From: Octopus bimaculoides | Lineage: Eukaryota | DNA length: 64,000 bases | Assembly (NCBI RefSeq): GCF_001194135.2 | Contig: NC_068981.1 | Location: 160,097,193-160,161,192, forward strand | Direction: 5' to 3' | In this document: positions 63,405 through 64,000 of the stretch, piece by piece | Layout of the letters: each line of letters starts with the position of its first letter | Position numbering within the stretch: the first letter of the stretch is position 1 | Notes under the pieces: model-generated | What the model was told of the DNA's origin: nothing | What the model saw: the letters and a program-made list of their open reading frames with translations, nothing else | The model's database searches: none | Program-made: the position numbers and the translations under genes

Positions 63405-63711
63405 GTAAGTTTATTCCTGCAATCTCTACTATCTTTTATTTTAAATAAAATACTTTTTACCTTTTTTTACTTGTCTTAGTCATTAGACTGTGCCCATGCT
63501 GGGGCACTGCTTTGAAGAATTTTAGTCAAATGAATCAACCCCAGTACTTATTATTTTTTTGTAAAGCCTGATACTTATTCTATCAGTCATTTTTGCTGAA
63601 CCACTAAATACACCAACACCAGTAGTCAGGCGGTTGTTGAAGACAAACACCTACACAAAGACACACACACACACATTTATATACATATATATACTAACAG
63701 AGATACCCACA

Positions 63712-64000
63712 ACACTCTTGGAGTGGTTGGCGTTAGGAAGGGCATCCAGCTGTAGAAACTCTGCCAGATCAGACTGGAGCCTGGTGCAGCCATCTGGCTC
63801 ACCAGTCCTCAGTCAAACCGTCAAACCCATGCCAGCATGGAAAGCAGACGTTAAATGATGATGATCTATATATATATATATATATATATATCATCATCAT
63901 CATCATCATCATCGTTTAACGTCCGCTTTCCATGCTAGCATGGGTTGGACGATTTGACTGAGGACTGGTGAAACCGGATGGCAACACCAGGCTCCAGTCT
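63712..64000. mobile_element. Tail-to-tail inverted pair of RTE 3' fragments (+ 63712-63865; - 63893-64000)
   Basis: Both carry the ccatgc.agcatggaaagc.gacgttaaa tail; ~30-35 nt TA/CAT spacer. Confidence 0.88.

Overview
AT-rich, repeat-dense eukaryotic genomic DNA from a short-read-style assembly with four N gaps. The repeat complement suggests a coleoid cephalopod, probably Octopus; this is an inference, not proven. Two spliced protein-coding genes lie in tandem on the + strand. (1) The last five coding exons of SCAP (C-terminal WD40 repeats, 1289-7300, stop at 7298-7300). (2) The first 23 coding exons of ASCC3 (20715-63404, 1301 codons in one continuous frame, all GT-AG): N-terminal extension, first Ski2-like DExH helicase cassette and first Sec63 domain; the gene continues past the window end. 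Introns and the 13-kb intergenic region contain 5'-truncated RTE-type LINEs whose 3' UTR carries a ~65-bp tandem array and a (GAT)n tail, several tRNA-derived SINE families with shuffled modules, a decayed mariner, a CR1-like remnant, and hAT-, piggyBac-, Kolobok- and mariner-type MITEs. I found no convincing new protein-coding system. The best leads are non-coding: a duplicated two-hairpin/ACA element bracketing a candidate poison exon in ASCC3 intron 5, inverted young retroelement pairs around ASCC3 exons (dsRNA, editing or circRNA potential), a CpG contrast between intergenic and genic repeat copies, and a tRNA-like unit interlocked with a hairpin element in a SCAP intron. Repeat boundaries are by eye and approximate unless TSDs are given.
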